Shown one piece after another: positions 27,806 through 38,822 of a DNA stretch of 64,000 bases (within the stretch, counting starts at the first letter, position 1; every line of letters begins with the position of its first letter). The notes beneath the pieces were generated by a model. The model made no database searches. It had not been told where the DNA came from and saw only the letters and a list, made by a program, of their open reading frames with translations. The stretch comes from an uncultured Candidatus Rokubacteria bacterium. Lineage in GTDB: Bacteria; Methylomirabilota; Methylomirabilia; Rokubacteriales; CSP1-6. The stretch is taken from the NCBI GenBank assembly GCA_963754315.1, contig CAVWFS010000007.1, positions 512,001 to 576,000 of the forward strand. Direction: 5' to 3'. The position numbers and the translations under genes are program-made.

Positions 27806-28430
27806 ATGAACCAGCTCTCTCGCCGGGCGCGCTCCGTGCTGCTGCTCAGCGTGGTGGTCTTCGGCCTCCTGGCGGCGGGAGCCGTTCTCGCCCCTACCCA
27901 TGCGTTTGAGCTGACCCTCCGCCACGCTCTCGTCAGCCTCGACGCGGGTGGGCCGCTCAGCGCGTTCTTGCGCATGATCGATCATGCGGGAACGTGGAGG
28001 GTCATTCTGCCCGGAACCTTGATCCTGTTTGCCGTCTCCCCGCTCGCCCGCGCCCATTGGTGGATCTGGACAGTGGCCTTGCTTGCGGCGCCGGCCGCCG
28101 AGACCTTCTTCAAGCTCATGATCGGCCGACCACGCCCCGAGGACCTCTCCATGGGATTCCCGAGCGGACACGCCACGGCTGCCGCCGCCTTCTTCGGCGC
28201 GGTGATCTACTTGGCGGCCGCCCTCCCATCACCTGCTCGCCGCGCCATGCGGATGCTCGCCGTCGCGTGCATCGTCCTCGTTGGTGTTGCGCGAGTGGCG
28301 TTACGGGCGCACTGGCCGACCGACGCGGTGGCCGGGATTGCGCTCGGTCTGGCTCTGGCCTCCACGGCCTACGTGCTGACGGGCATGCGCTGGCGGAACA
28401 CTGCGGCCCCGAGTTCCCTACACCGGCTAA
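27806..28430 (+). CDS. PAP2 family membrane phosphatase (3' end probably shifted +1; likely true stop TAA 28428-28430)
   Basis: K....RPRP, FPSGH, R....AHWPTD; the called ORF runs implausibly about 530 bp into the convergent gene. Confidence 0.78.
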
Positions 28431-28480
28431 CTCAGAGCCGACACGACCACGCCCATGAATGGAGGGCGGGTGGAGGGCCG

Positions 28481-29644
28481 TCAGTAACTCTTCGGGAGGC
28501 CCAGCAGGTGCTCGGCGAGATAGTTGAGCACCATTTGCTGCGAGACGGGGGCGATCTTGTACAGCCGGACCTCCCGCCACAGACGCTCGACATGGAATTC
28601 CTTCGCGTACCCGTAGCCGCCGTGCGTTTGCAGGGCCACGTCGCACGCCTCGAACCCCGCCTCGGCCGACACAAGCTTGGCCGCATTGGCCTCCGTGCCG
28701 CACGGGCGGCCGCCGTCGCAGAGCCAGGCCGCCTTCATGCAAAGCAGGTGCGCCGTTTCCAGCTTGGCCCAGGCCATGGCCAGCGGATGGGCGATGGCCT
28801 GGTTCTGGCCGATCGGCCTGTCGAAGACGACTCGCTCTTTGGCGTACTGGACCGCGCGGTCCAGCGCTGCCCGTCCAATGCCGACCGCTTCGATCGCCGT
28901 GAAGATGCGTTCCGGATTCAGCGAATCCAGCAGATGGTAGAATCCGCGCCCCACCTCGCCCACCACGTCTTCCATGGGGACCGTGAGACCGTCGATGAAG
29001 ATCTCGTTTGAGTCCACGGCCGCCCGCCCTAGCTTCTCGATCTCGCGCACGGTGATCCGGGAGCGGTCGAACTCCGTGAAGAAGAGCGTCATGCCCGCAA
29101 AGGGTCGTTCCGCCACCCGGGGCGCGGTGCGGGCCAGCAACAGCATGTGGGTGGCCTGACGGGCGTTCGTGTTCCAGACCTTGCGGCCGTTGACGATGAA
29201 GCCGTCCCCCTCTCGCAGGGCCATGGTTTGAATCCGTGAGGTGTCGGTCCCGGCGTTGGGCTCGGTGACCCCGAACGACATGATGATGTCGCCGGTGGCA
29301 ATACGCGGCAGGTATCGCTCCTTCAGAGCGGGTGATCCGTGCTTGATGAGGGGCAAGGGCGGGAACATATAGAAGTGCACCGGAGAGGCTCCTGTGGTGC
29401 CTGCGCCCGCCGCACAGATCTCGTGCAGGAGGATGGCGGCCTCGGTGACGCCGAGCCCGGATCCGCCGTATTCTTCCGGAACGATGAGGCCCAGCCAGCC
29501 GCCGGCGGCGAAGGCCTTGACGAATTCCCACGGGTACTCCGCCTTGCGATCCTTCTCCAGCCAGTAGTCCGGAGAGAAGCTCCGGGCTAGGGTGCTCACT
29601 TCCTTCCGGATCGCGTCCTGGGAATCCGTCAGCAAGAAATCCAT
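28481..29644 (-). CDS. Acyl-CoA dehydrogenase
   Basis: PEEYGGSG, FGVTEPNAGTD, NGRKVW, R.VFDRPIG.NQ, THGGYGY..E..VER.WRE. Confidence 0.95.
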   Translation of the reverse strand: MDFLLTDSQDAIRKEVSTLARSFSPDYWLEKDRKAEYPWEFVKAFAAGGWLGLIVPEEYGGSGLGVTEAAILLHEICAAGAGTTGASPVHFYMFPPLPLIKHGSPALKERYLPRIATGDIIMSFGVTEPNAGTDTSRIQTMALREGDGFIVNGRKVWNTNARQATHMLLLARTAPRVAERPFAGMTLFFTEFDRSRITVREIEKLGRAAVDSNEIFIDGLTVPMEDVVGEVGRGFYHLLDSLNPERIFTAIEAVGIGRAALDRAVQYAKERVVFDRPIGQNQAIAHPLAMAWAKLETAHLLCMKAAWLCDGGRPCGTEANAAKLVSAEAGFEACDVALQTHGGYGYAKEFHVERLWREVRLYKIAPVSQQMVLNYLAEHLLGLPKSY

Positions 29645-29728
29645 GGCCACCATTCTACTCGACCGCGCGAGGCCTGCGGCAGCCCGAGGTCGCTCGGCCC
29701 GCCATGCGGCGTGCTAGCATAGCCCCCC

Positions 29729-30484
29729 ATGGCGGTACAGGCCCTGTACGCGTTGCAGAACGGCTTCATCGGTTTCCACCGTTCCGGCCTCTTCTATGGT
29801 GATCTCTCGACGGACCGAGTCCAGATCCCCATCACCTGCTATCTCGTCCGCAGCGTCGACGTCACCGTGCTCTTCGATACCGGGCTCTCCCCGCGGGCGG
29901 TACCAGGTCTGCTCCGGAGCGACCCCATGGCGCGCTTCACCGACGCGGACCTGCTCGTCCACCGCCTCGACACCATCGGCCTCGCTCCCACTGACGTTGA
30001 CGTGGTTGTGCTCTCCCATTTGCACTATGACCATGCCGGCGGCGCCGAGCTGTTCAGCAAGTCGGAGCTCCTCGTGCAGCGCGACGAGTACGCGGCGGCC
30101 CACTTTCCCCCGCCCTTCCTGGCGTCCTTCTACTATCGGAAGAACTTCGACCTGCCGGGCTATCGCTGGCGCCTGCTCGACGGCGACACGGAATTGGCAC
30201 CGGGGCTGACCGTGCTCCGGTCGGACGGCCACACGCCCGGCCATCAATCGCTGCTGGTCGATCTCCCTGAGACGGGCCCCGTCGTTCTCGCCGGCGACGC
30301 CTGCTACTGGCAAGAGCACCTGGAGACCGAGCGCGTTCCCGGTGTGGTATGGAATCCGGTGGCCGCGCTGCATTCCATCAAGCGGCTGAAGACGTTGGCC
30401 CGTCTCATCGGAGGACGCGTCTTTCCCGCGCACGATCCACACTTCTGGAAGAGCATCAAGCAAGCTCCCGACGCCTATCGCTAA
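29729..30484 (+). CDS. N-acyl homoserine lactonase family metallo-hydrolase
   Basis: [31 protein letters not shown]. Confidence 0.88.
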   Translation: MAVQALYALQNGFIGFHRSGLFYGDLSTDRVQIPITCYLVRSVDVTVLFDTGLSPRAVPGLLRSDPMARFTDADLLVHRLDTIGLAPTDVDVVVLSHLHYDHAGGAELFSKSELLVQRDEYAAAHFPPPFLASFYYRKNFDLPGYRWRLLDGDTELAPGLTVLRSDGHTPGHQSLLVDLPETGPVVLAGDACYWQEHLETERVPGVVWNPVAALHSIKRLKTLARLIGGRVFPAHDPHFWKSIKQAPDAYR

Positions 30485-31017
30485 CCCTCGCCGGGGGACG
30501 ACCGGGTCGCGGCCGCCGGCGGCCGCTGGCCCGAGGGCTTGGCCACGTACCGAAAGTCGCAGTGGGATGCGCCGCCCATGATGGTCTGCGTGCGCGTGAG
30601 CGTGATGTCCTCGTTGAAGCCCTCCACGAGAGAGAAGTCGCGGTTGCACGAGAGCAGGGCCCCGACCTCGGGAATGCCCAGACTCTGGTACAGCTCCGCG
30701 TATCGACACCGCGTCACGTTGAACGAGAAACGCTCCGACGTCCGCTCCAGCGTCTGCAAGGACAGGGCGTCTCCCTTCTTCCAGTTTTCCAGGGAGTCCG
30801 CCAGGTGCTCAAGACTGTTCCCGCCCATCTGCTGGGCCAGCGACCGTCCCTGCTCTCGGGCCACCTCGACAATCACGTCCCGCGCCACCGCGAAGACACG
30901 GTCCTCGCCGAAGACGGCGCCGAGCCGCTTGAGCACGGGCATCAGGATCCGCGCCTCGATCTCACGGCGCTTGAGCACGCCGATCTCGTTCAGGGTATCC
31001 GCGGGATTTTCGCTCAT
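30481..31017 (-). CDS. L-2-amino-thiazoline-4-carboxylate hydrolase family protein
   Basis: [42 protein letters not shown]. Confidence 0.88.
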   Translation of the reverse strand: MSENPADTLNEIGVLKRREIEARILMPVLKRLGAVFGEDRVFAVARDVIVEVAREQGRSLAQQMGGNSLEHLADSLENWKKGDALSLQTLERTSERFSFNVTRCRYAELYQSLGIPEVGALLSCNRDFSLVEGFNEDITLTRTQTIMGGASHCDFRYVAKPSGQRPPAAATRSSPGEG

Positions 31018-32558
31018 CGGGTCTCCTCCTCTCGCGCGCGGGCCTTCAGGCCAGCCCGGTCGAGCTTGCCGGTTCCACCAAGGGGGAGCGCGTCCAGGAA
31101 CGTGACACGGCGAGGGTGCGCATACGGCGCCCCGTGACGCAGAAAGAAGGTCTTCACGTCCGCCTCGGTCGTGCGCCCAGGCTCGCGCTCCACCACGAAA
31201 GCGACGGGGACCTCGCCCTTCACCGCGTGGGGTGCGGCCACCACGCACGCGTCACGCAGGTTGGGGTGACGCAGGAGGACGTCCTCGACTTCCTTGGGAT
31301 AGACGTTCTCCCCCGCCACATTGATCATGTCGTCCTGGCGTCCGATAAAGTAGTAGTACCCGTCGGCATCGCGCCGCATGAGATCGCCTGTGTGGAGCCA
31401 ACCGGCGCGGAACTTTCGGGCGGTGACGTCAGGGAGCTTCCAGTAACCACGAGCCAGCCCCGGGTTGCGGGTCACCAGCTCACCCACCCCCTCGCCCTCG
31501 ACGTCGCATCCGGTGGTGTCCACCAGCTTCACCTGGCACCCTGGAAACGCCGTGCCGCAGCTTCCCAGCTTCTTCAGACCCCAGCGCGTATTCGTGATGG
31601 GGACGGGTCCCCCTTCCGTCAAGCCATAGCTCTCGGCAATCTCCGCCCCCCGAAACACCGCGCGAAACTCGGCCATCAACTCCTGCGGCACTTCCGCCGA
31701 ACCGACGAGCGCGTAGCGCAGCGAGCGCGTGTCATGACGAGCCAGCATCGCCTTCTCGGCGAGGATCATCTTGTACATGGCGGGGACGCCGGTGAGGTAC
31801 GTGACCTGGTACCGATCGATGGCGCGGATGACCTCGACCGAATCGAAGCCTGGCAGGATGACGATCGAGCCGCCGGCGAGCAGGAACGGTTTCACCACGC
31901 CGGTCATGGCATTCTTGTGGAAGAGAGGAACGGCCACCAGGCCGCGCTCCCGATGATCGCAGAGGATTGCCTTCCTCAGCACATCGGCGTTCCAGATTTG
32001 CCCGCCGTGGTCGAGGAGCACACCCTTGGGCCGTCCGGTGGAACCCGACGTGTAGGGCTGCATGCAGATCTCGTCCGGCCGCGTCGACCGGCGCGCCAGG
32101 ATGGGGGAAGACGCCGCCAGCAGCGGTTCGTAGGCGAGGGTGCCGTCGACGGCTGGATCGTCGACGATCACGTGCGTGAGGCGCGGGATGCGGGCGGCCA
32201 GGCCTCGCGCCCGCTCGGTCATGGCGCGGTTGGCGATCATCACGGCCGCCTCTGCGTCCTCGATCACGTACTGAAGCGCGGCGTCGCCCATGCGCGTGTT
32301 GAGAGGGACGGGTACTGCTCCCAGGCGCATCGGCGCGAAGAGGGACTCCAGGAATCGGAAATCGTTGCTGAACATGAGGGCGACGCGATGGCCCGCCTCC
32401 ACCCCGAGATCGTGCAGGGCACTGGCCAGGCGGTTGCAGCGCTCGTCCAGATCGGCGAAGGTCAGCACGGTGTCGCCCTGGAGCACGGCGGGTTGATCGG
32501 GGATGAGGGCGAGGGGCACGTCGAAGAGATGCCCCACGTTGTCGGGTAGCATCCTCAC
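31014..32558 (-). CDS. AMP-binding acyl-CoA synthetase
   Basis: [39 protein letters not shown]. Confidence 0.93.
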   Translation of the reverse strand: MRMLPDNVGHLFDVPLALIPDQPAVLQGDTVLTFADLDERCNRLASALHDLGVEAGHRVALMFSNDFRFLESLFAPMRLGAVPVPLNTRMGDAALQYVIEDAEAAVMIANRAMTERARGLAARIPRLTHVIVDDPAVDGTLAYEPLLAASSPILARRSTRPDEICMQPYTSGSTGRPKGVLLDHGGQIWNADVLRKAILCDHRERGLVAVPLFHKNAMTGVVKPFLLAGGSIVILPGFDSVEVIRAIDRYQVTYLTGVPAMYKMILAEKAMLARHDTRSLRYALVGSAEVPQELMAEFRAVFRGAEIAESYGLTEGGPVPITNTRWGLKKLGSCGTAFPGCQVKLVDTTGCDVEGEGVGELVTRNPGLARGYWKLPDVTARKFRAGWLHTGDLMRRDADGYYYFIGRQDDMINVAGENVYPKEVEDVLLRHPNLRDACVVAAPHAVKGEVPVAFVVEREPGRTTEADVKTFFLRHGAPYAHPRRVTFLDALPLGGTGKLDRAGLKARAREEETR

Positions 32559-33631
32559 TCCTGAGCCCTGATGATGACCTTACCGAACACCTGCCGACGC
32601 TCGAGCGCCAGCTCCCCTTCCGCCGTGCGTTCCAGCGGAAGCACGCGATCGATGACCGGCCGCAACGCGCCGCGGAAGGCAAGGGCCGCCACGGACCGAA
32701 GCTCGTCATGGGCCCAGCCGTTGCTTCCCATGATGCGCTGCTCGCGCCGGAACAGGTAGCGGATGTCCGTGGAGCCGATAGGACCGGAGGTCGCCCCACT
32801 CGTCACCAGACGGCCACCCTTGCCCAGCGCTCGGATGCTCTTCTCCCAGGTCGCGGCTCCCACCGTCTCGATGATGACATCGACGCCGCGCTTGTCGGTC
32901 AGCCCACGCACGGTGACATCCCACTGTGTGTCCTGTGCGTAGTTGATCACCATGTCCGCTCCGTATTCCTTGATGCGCGCCAGCTTGTCGTCGGTGGATG
33001 CGGTGGCAATGACCCGGGCCCCCATGAGCTTGGCGATCTGCACGGCCGCCAAGCCCACGCCGCCGCCGGCGCCCAGGACCAGGACGGCTTCCGCGGGTCG
33101 CGGCCGCGCATGGGTGACCACCATCCGCCACGCCGTGCCCCACGCGACCGGCAGGCAGGCGGCAAGATCGAACGAATACGTATCGGGAATGGCCAGGGCC
33201 TGTCCAGCAGGACACGTCACGTACTCGGCGAGACCGCCCGGATCCATCTCTCCGAGCATGTGCCCACGCAGACAGAGCGGCCGCTCGCCCTGACGGCAGT
33301 ATTCACAGCTCCCACACCCCCAGTTCGGATCGATGAGCACGCGGTCACCAAGCCTGGGCCATCCCACGTTGGGGCCCACCGCCGCCACCACGCCCGCCAC
33401 GTCTCCCCCCGTGATGTGCGGGAGGGGGGTGGGCTCGCCCGGCATTCCCTCACGGGTGAAGATGTCGAGAAAGTTGAGCGCACAGGCCTCCACCCTGACG
33501 AGGATCTCGCCCGGTCCCGGTTCCGGGCATGGCCACCGCGGCTCGAGGGTGAGTACCTCGGGCCCGCCGTGACGATGCATCACCATCGCCCGCATGGTGC
33601 GTGGTGCGGTTTGCGGCGTGCGTGACGACAT
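32555..33631 (-). CDS. Zinc-binding (MDR) dehydrogenase
   Basis: CALN.LD, PHITGGD, CGSCEYC...C, GAGGGVG, GATSG, FGKVII; start approximate. Confidence 0.9.
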   Translation of the reverse strand: MSSRTPQTAPRTMRAMVMHRHGGPEVLTLEPRWPCPEPGPGEILVRVEACALNFLDIFTREGMPGEPTPLPHITGGDVAGVVAAVGPNVGWPRLGDRVLIDPNWGCGSCEYCRQGERPLCLRGHMLGEMDPGGLAEYVTCPAGQALAIPDTYSFDLAACLPVAWGTAWRMVVTHARPRPAEAVLVLGAGGGVGLAAVQIAKLMGARVIATASTDDKLARIKEYGADMVINYAQDTQWDVTVRGLTDKRGVDVIIETVGAATWEKSIRALGKGGRLVTSGATSGPIGSTDIRYLFRREQRIMGSNGWAHDELRSVAALAFRGALRPVIDRVLPLERTAEGELALERRQVFGKVIIRAQE

Positions 33632-33735
33632 GAGCGGCTCGGCGGAGAATACGCGCGCGCCAAGTCCGGCGTCAAGCGACGCCCCATCCGTCGACCGAAG
33701 GGGATGGCGACGGGTGGGCGTGCTATCGTCGGACC

Positions 33736-34785
33736 ATGGCGTGGAGCTTGACGCGCCTCGTTGTCTTCGTGGCAATCCTCGGGACGGTAGCCGCCGGCGC
33801 CGACGCCGCTACCTGTGACGAGTGGTCGGGGCGCCTGAACGCCGGCGGTGCCCGCGAGTTACGAACCATCTGGCGTGAGCTCGGCGTGAGATCGAGCCTG
33901 TTCGCGGACACCCCCTCCTTGCGTGTGACGCAGCAGGAGCTACCGCGTCCTGATTCGCGGGACGCTTTTCTCGTTCTCGACGTGACCGATACTGTGCGCG
34001 GGGATTGGCAGCAGCTGATCTTTCGGCGCACCGGCGCCCGTTGCCGGTTCATCGGCGCCATCGACGTCGCCGACCAGGGTAGCGAGGCTCCTATCCGCCG
34101 GCTCGTCCCGCTTCCCGCGGGCGAAGCCGCCCTCGTGGTCCTTGCCCCGGCCCGCACCGGCACCGGTCTCGCCCTCGAGCGAGAAACCTGGTATTTGGTT
34201 CGTAATATGGGGGGCCTCGAAAGGGCCCCCCATTGCCCCCCGCGCTCGGGATGTCCCGGGGAACCCGTGACGCCCCTCGGACCTACGCGGCGGTTCGGGG
34301 GCCTCGAAAGGGCCCCCCAAAAGATAGTCGGTCTGTTGCCTCGGATTCTGGAATATCCTGCGCGCGGGCACATGATCGGATGGCCATCGACCTTTGATCG
34401 ATCCTTTTCGACCCGCCTGCAGACTCGTGAGGGTGTCGACGGCATCGACGAGGTGAGTATTGAGTTCACCGCCAGCTATACCAGCGGGAGCTACATCTAC
34501 TGGTTGCCGGTGGAGCCTCTCTTTACGGCTACCCGCCGCGCGGTCTACGTCTGGAAGCGTGAGGCCCGCCGCTTCGTCCTCGATCCGGCGCGCTCCGACG
34601 TCGACGACGACGAGATTGAAGGCATCTTTCAGGACGCCGAAGAGCAGTTTCTGGTTCACAACGTTCGCGACCTCGCGCCATTGGCGGGACGCGCCACCGA
34701 GCAGCAGCGCATCTGGTTTCGGCATTTTCTCGACATGGTGGCGGACAGCCCTGAGAAGCGCGCCGTGATGGAGAGCCTCCGATGA
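33736..34785 (+). CDS. Hypothetical secreted protein carrying an in-frame palindromic repeat insertion
   Basis: Signal peptide; extended -10 six nt upstream; stop overlaps the next ATG; contains the repeat at 34204-34320. Confidence 0.7.
   Translation: MAWSLTRLVVFVAILGTVAAGADAATCDEWSGRLNAGGARELRTIWRELGVRSSLFADTPSLRVTQQELPRPDSRDAFLVLDVTDTVRGDWQQLIFRRTGARCRFIGAIDVADQGSEAPIRRLVPLPAGEAALVVLAPARTGTGLALERETWYLVRNMGGLERAPHCPPRSGCPGEPVTPLGPTRRFGGLERAPQKIVGLLPRILEYPARGHMIGWPSTFDRSFSTRLQTREGVDGIDEVSIEFTASYTSGSYIYWLPVEPLFTATRRAVYVWKREARRFVLDPARSDVDDDEIEGIFQDAEEQFLVHNVRDLAPLAGRATEQQRIWFRHFLDMVADSPEKRAVMESLR
34204..34320. repeat. Triple-hairpin miniature palindromic element, copy 1 (intragenic)
   Basis: ATGGGGGGCC-TCGAAAG-GGCCCCCCAT, a central imperfect stem, then GGGGGCC-TCGAAAG-GGCCCCC; similar to 45816-45925. 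Confidence 0.85.
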
Positions 34786-36143
34786 CCGTGAGCATGCGGC
34801 TAGCCGAGTTCACCGTTCGCACCCGCTTGGAGGACTGCCCTGCCGAGACACGCAGTGCCGTGGGCCGGGCCGCCCTCGATACCGTGGGCGTCACCCTCGC
34901 CGGGTCATCCGCGCCGGTGGCGCAGATCCTGCGGCGTGTCCTTCGCGCCGAAGGCGGCCCACCTCTGTGCACCATCATCGGAACTCGGGCCCGCGCCAGC
35001 GCGACCGCGGCCGCCCTTGCCAACGGTGCGGCCGGTCACGCTCACGATTTTGACGACACGAATTTCGTCTTGATGGGCCATCCGAGCGTCCCGCTTCTGG
35101 CGGCAATCCTCGCCGCGGCCGAGGCCGAGATGAGCGATGGGGCGCGGGTCGCGCTCGCCTACATCGTTGGCTTCGAAGTCGGCGCCGCCCTCGGCGCCAG
35201 TCTCAACCCTTCCCACTACGAGCGGGGCTGGCACGCCACGTCCACCATCGGTAGCCTGGCGTGCGCGGCCGCCGCCGCCAAAATCCTGAACCTGGACGTG
35301 GCGGCCACGACAACCACGCTCGGCATCGCGGCCTCGTTGGCCTCGGGGCTGAAGGAGAACTTCGGCTCCATGACCAAACCCTTCCACGCTGGCCATGCCG
35401 CGCGTAACGGGGTGTGGGCGGCTTTGCTCGCGCGCGAGGGGTTGTCCGCGTCTCCCGCGGCGCTCGACGGGCAACAGGGTTACTTCGTCGCCTTCGGAGG
35501 ACAAGGAAACCTGGATGCTGCCCTCGATGGTCTTGGTCAACGCTGGCAACTCCTCGAGTCTGGTCTCGCGGTCAAGCCGTATCCGTCGTGCGCGTTCACG
35601 CACGCCACCATCGACAGCCTGCTCGAGCTCCGGGAGCGCCATCGGCTCGATCCCGATCAACTGGCTCACGTCGAGGTGGGAGTCACCCGGGTTGTTCCCC
35701 CCGTCCTGCTTCACACTCACCCGGCCACCGGGCTCGAGCGAAAGTTCTCCATGCAGTTTTGCGCGGCGGCCGCCCTCGTCGAGGGACGTGTGGACCTCGA
35801 TAGTTTCGAGGATGGCCCGCCGGCCCCGGCGATCGAGAAGCTGATGTCCCGGATCAGCATGGTGGTGGACCAGACCCTGCCGGACCAACGCGAGCAGCAT
35901 GCGTGGAGCCGCGTCACCATCCATCGCTCCGACGGGACGGTGATCAGCTCACCCCCGCGCGGCGCGCAAGGCCACCCCGACCAACCGCTCTCGCCGCGAG
36001 CCCTCCGCGCCAAGTTCGTTGCCTGCGCAAGCCGGGTCATCCCGCACGAGGAGGCGGAAGCCGTCGCGGACCAACTCGCCGACCTCGAGCACGTGCCCGA
36101 CATCCGGGCCCTGACCTCGCGGCTCGTGGCCGACAACGACTAA
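34782..36143 (+). CDS. MmgE/PrpD family protein
   Basis: AALANG...HAHDFDD, GHPS, GWH.T, NFGSMTKPFHAG, KPYPSC, KFS. Confidence 0.93.
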   Translation: MTVSMRLAEFTVRTRLEDCPAETRSAVGRAALDTVGVTLAGSSAPVAQILRRVLRAEGGPPLCTIIGTRARASATAAALANGAAGHAHDFDDTNFVLMGHPSVPLLAAILAAAEAEMSDGARVALAYIVGFEVGAALGASLNPSHYERGWHATSTIGSLACAAAAAKILNLDVAATTTTLGIAASLASGLKENFGSMTKPFHAGHAARNGVWAALLAREGLSASPAALDGQQGYFVAFGGQGNLDAALDGLGQRWQLLESGLAVKPYPSCAFTHATIDSLLELRERHRLDPDQLAHVEVGVTRVVPPVLLHTHPATGLERKFSMQFCAAAALVEGRVDLDSFEDGPPAPAIEKLMSRISMVVDQTLPDQREQHAWSRVTIHRSDGTVISSPPRGAQGHPDQPLSPRALRAKFVACASRVIPHEEAEAVADQLADLEHVPDIRALTSRLVADND

Positions 36144-36163
36144 CCCGAAAGGACCACTGTCAT

Positions 36164-37354
36164 ATGGGAGTGCTGGACGGTATCAAGATCCTCGAGATGG
36201 CACGGGTGGCTCCGGCGGAGCTCCCGGGAATGATGCTCGCTGACATGGGCGCCGACGTGCTGAAGATCGAGACGCCCGAACCCGGCACCCTGCCCGACAC
36301 AAAGGCCGACCGCCAGGCCGCCTTTGCCTTCGTCAACCGCAACAAGCGGAGCATGACCCTCAACATGAAGGATTCCGCCGGCCAGGAGGTCTTCCGCAAG
36401 CTTGCGGCCGGCGCGGACGTCATCGTGGAGGGCTTTCGCCCCGGCGTGATGCAACGCCTCGGGGCCGACTATGAAACCATCCGCGCCCTCAATCCGCGTA
36501 TCGTCTACTGCTCCCTCTCCGGCTTCGGCCAGGACGGGCCGTACCGTGATTATCCGGCGCACGACATGAACTACCTCTCGCTGGCGGGTGTTCTGGGCCT
36601 GATTGGCGAAGCCGACCGCAAACCGGCTATTCCCCTCAACCTCGTCGCCGACTACGCGGGGGCCAGCTTGCATGGGGCTCTCGGAATCATGCTGGCCCTC
36701 TTCGCGCGCGAGCGCACGGGTCGGGGGCAGCACGTGGACGTGTCCTACCTCGACACGACCCTCTCCCTCCTGGCGGCGACCCCGAACATGCGCTTCTTGT
36801 TCAGTGACGGTCTGGCCCCCCGACGTGGAGCGGGATTCCTCGGTGGCTCCTACCCGTACTACGCCATCTACGAGACGCGGGACGGCAAGCTACTGACCAT
36901 CGGCTGCACCGAGCCTTGGCTGTGGGAGAACTTCTGCAAGGCCATCGGCCGCCCCGACTTCGTCCGCTTCGCCCGGAACGCGGACCAGTTCGTGCGAGCC
37001 GCCAATGCCGAGGAGGAGCAGGCGCGCCGTGACATCGAGGCCATCATCAGGACACGCGACCGTGATGATTGGTATGAATACTTAGTGAAGGCGGACGTCT
37101 GCGTGGGCAAGGTGTACGACCCCGAAGAAGTGATCCGCGACCCTCAGATTCTTCACCGCAAGATGGTCGTGGACATCGACCACCCGCGCCATGGTCGAAT
37201 CACGCAGTTTGGCACGGCCATCAAGCTCTCGGAGACTCCGGGGGCCATACGATCAGCGGGCGCTGCCCCAGGCGAGCACACGGATGAGGTCCTGCGTGAG
37301 CTGGGATACACCGCGGGGGCGATTCACACCCTGCGCGACAAGGGCGTCGTGTGA
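36164..37354 (+). CDS. CaiB/BaiF family III CoA-transferase
   Basis: LADMGADVLKIE, NRNKRS, DVIVEGFRPGV, SLSGFGQDGPY, HDMNY, PGEHT. Confidence 0.94.
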   Translation: MGVLDGIKILEMARVAPAELPGMMLADMGADVLKIETPEPGTLPDTKADRQAAFAFVNRNKRSMTLNMKDSAGQEVFRKLAAGADVIVEGFRPGVMQRLGADYETIRALNPRIVYCSLSGFGQDGPYRDYPAHDMNYLSLAGVLGLIGEADRKPAIPLNLVADYAGASLHGALGIMLALFARERTGRGQHVDVSYLDTTLSLLAATPNMRFLFSDGLAPRRGAGFLGGSYPYYAIYETRDGKLLTIGCTEPWLWENFCKAIGRPDFVRFARNADQFVRAANAEEEQARRDIEAIIRTRDRDDWYEYLVKADVCVGKVYDPEEVIRDPQILHRKMVVDIDHPRHGRITQFGTAIKLSETPGAIRSAGAAPGEHTDEVLRELGYTAGAIHTLRDKGVV

Positions 37355-37393
37355 TGAACCTGAGGGGATCCGAACCGTCCCACTCCCCGGAGC

Positions 37394-38794
37394 TCACACC
37401 ATGCTGTCGGGGCGGACAAGCGTGTCGAATTCCTCTCCGCTGACATAGCCGAGGCGCACGGCCGCTTCGCGGAGCGTCAGACCGTCGGCGGCCGCCAGCT
37501 GGGCAATCTTGGCCGCCCGGTCATAGCCAAGGCGAGGAGCGAGCGCCGTGACCAGCATGAGCGAGTTTTGCACGTGGGCGGCGATTCGCGCCCGATCGAT
37601 CTCGAGCCCCACCAGCATGTGATCGACGAACGTCCGGCTCGCGTCCACCAGCAGACTTACCGAGCCGAGAAAGCCGTGGATCATGAGGGGCCGGAAGGTG
37701 TTCAGCTCGAGCTGCCCCTGCGATCCGGCCAGCGTCGTGGCAGTGTGCTGGCCAAGCACCTGAACAGCCACCATCGTCATGGCTTCGCACTGGGTCGGGT
37801 TCACCTTGCCCGGCATGATCGACGACCCGGGCTCGTTGGCGGGGAGGATCAGCTCGCCCAGCCCCGCCCGGGGCCCCGACGCCAAGAGGCGGATGTCGTT
37901 GGCGACCTTCATCAAGGAACCGGCCAGGGTGGCCACCGCGCCGCTCGCGAAGACAAGCTCGTCAGAGGCGGACAGGGCGGCAAACATATTGGGGTGGGAA
38001 CGGAAAGGAAGTCCCGTCAGCTCGGCAATCTTGGCCGTGGCGCGCTCACCAAATCCTGAGGGCGCATTGAGGCCGGTGCCAACCGCGGTCCCGCCGAGCG
38101 CAAGGTCCAAGAGGCCGTCGACGGCCAGGCGCAGTCGATCGACGTCACGCGCCAAGAGGCTTGCCCAGCCTGACATCTCCTGGCCGACGGTGAGGGGCAC
38201 TGCGTCTTGCAAGTGTGTGCGGCCGATCTTGACCACCCCTGCGAAGGCTTGGGCCTTGGCCGCGATGGTGTCGTGGACACGCTGGATGGCGGGGATCAAG
38301 GCCCGCTCGACCCGCGTCGCCGCTGCAATGGACATCGCCGTGGGGAACACGTCGTTGGACGACTGCGATTGGTTCACGTCGTCGTTGGGGTGGATGGGCC
38401 GCTTGCTACCACGCACGCCGCCGGCCAGCTCGATGGCCCGGTTGGCGATGACCTCGTTGACATTCATGTTCGTCTGGGTTCCGCTGCCTGTTTGCCAGAC
38501 GCGCAGCGGGAACTGATCCGCGAGCTGGCCCGCAATGATCTCGTCGGCGGCGCGCACGATGAGGCGCGCCTTGTCTGGGGCGAGCACCCCAAGCTCCGCG
38601 TTCACGAGGGCCGCGGCCTTCTTGACGATGGCCAGGGCCTGGATGAGCTCGGGGGGCAGGGTGTCGCGCCCGATGTCGAAGTAGGTGAGCGAACGCTGGG
38701 TTTGCGCGCCCCAATAGACGTGGGCCGGCACTGCGATCTCGCCGAAGCTATCGGATTCGATCCGGACAGGACCACTGGCGGGCGCGGGATCCAC
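37394..38794 (-). CDS. fumC: Class II fumarate hydratase
   Basis: RIESDSFG, WGAQTQRS, QTGSGTQTNMN, HPNDDVN, KIGRTH.QDA, GSSIMPGKVNPTQCE; start approximate. Confidence 0.95.
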   Translation of the reverse strand: MDPAPASGPVRIESDSFGEIAVPAHVYWGAQTQRSLTYFDIGRDTLPPELIQALAIVKKAAALVNAELGVLAPDKARLIVRAADEIIAGQLADQFPLRVWQTGSGTQTNMNVNEVIANRAIELAGGVRGSKRPIHPNDDVNQSQSSNDVFPTAMSIAAATRVERALIPAIQRVHDTIAAKAQAFAGVVKIGRTHLQDAVPLTVGQEMSGWASLLARDVDRLRLAVDGLLDLALGGTAVGTGLNAPSGFGERATAKIAELTGLPFRSHPNMFAALSASDELVFASGAVATLAGSLMKVANDIRLLASGPRAGLGELILPANEPGSSIMPGKVNPTQCEAMTMVAVQVLGQHTATTLAGSQGQLELNTFRPLMIHGFLGSVSLLVDASRTFVDHMLVGLEIDRARIAAHVQNSLMLVTALAPRLGYDRAAKIAQLAAADGLTLREAAVRLGYVSGEEFDTLVRPDSMV

Positions 38795-38822
38795 GGCGCT
38801 CGACTCGGCCGCGATCGGCGTC

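Noticed and set aside
28431..29011. Long C-terminal extension of the PAP2 ORF overlapping acyl-CoA dehydrogenase
   Set aside because: It is antisense shadow sequence; a TAA in the +1 frame at 28428 gives a normal-length protein.
29729..30484. Quorum-quenching system
   Set aside because: Family membership alone does not establish an AHL substrate, and no luxI/luxR context is present.
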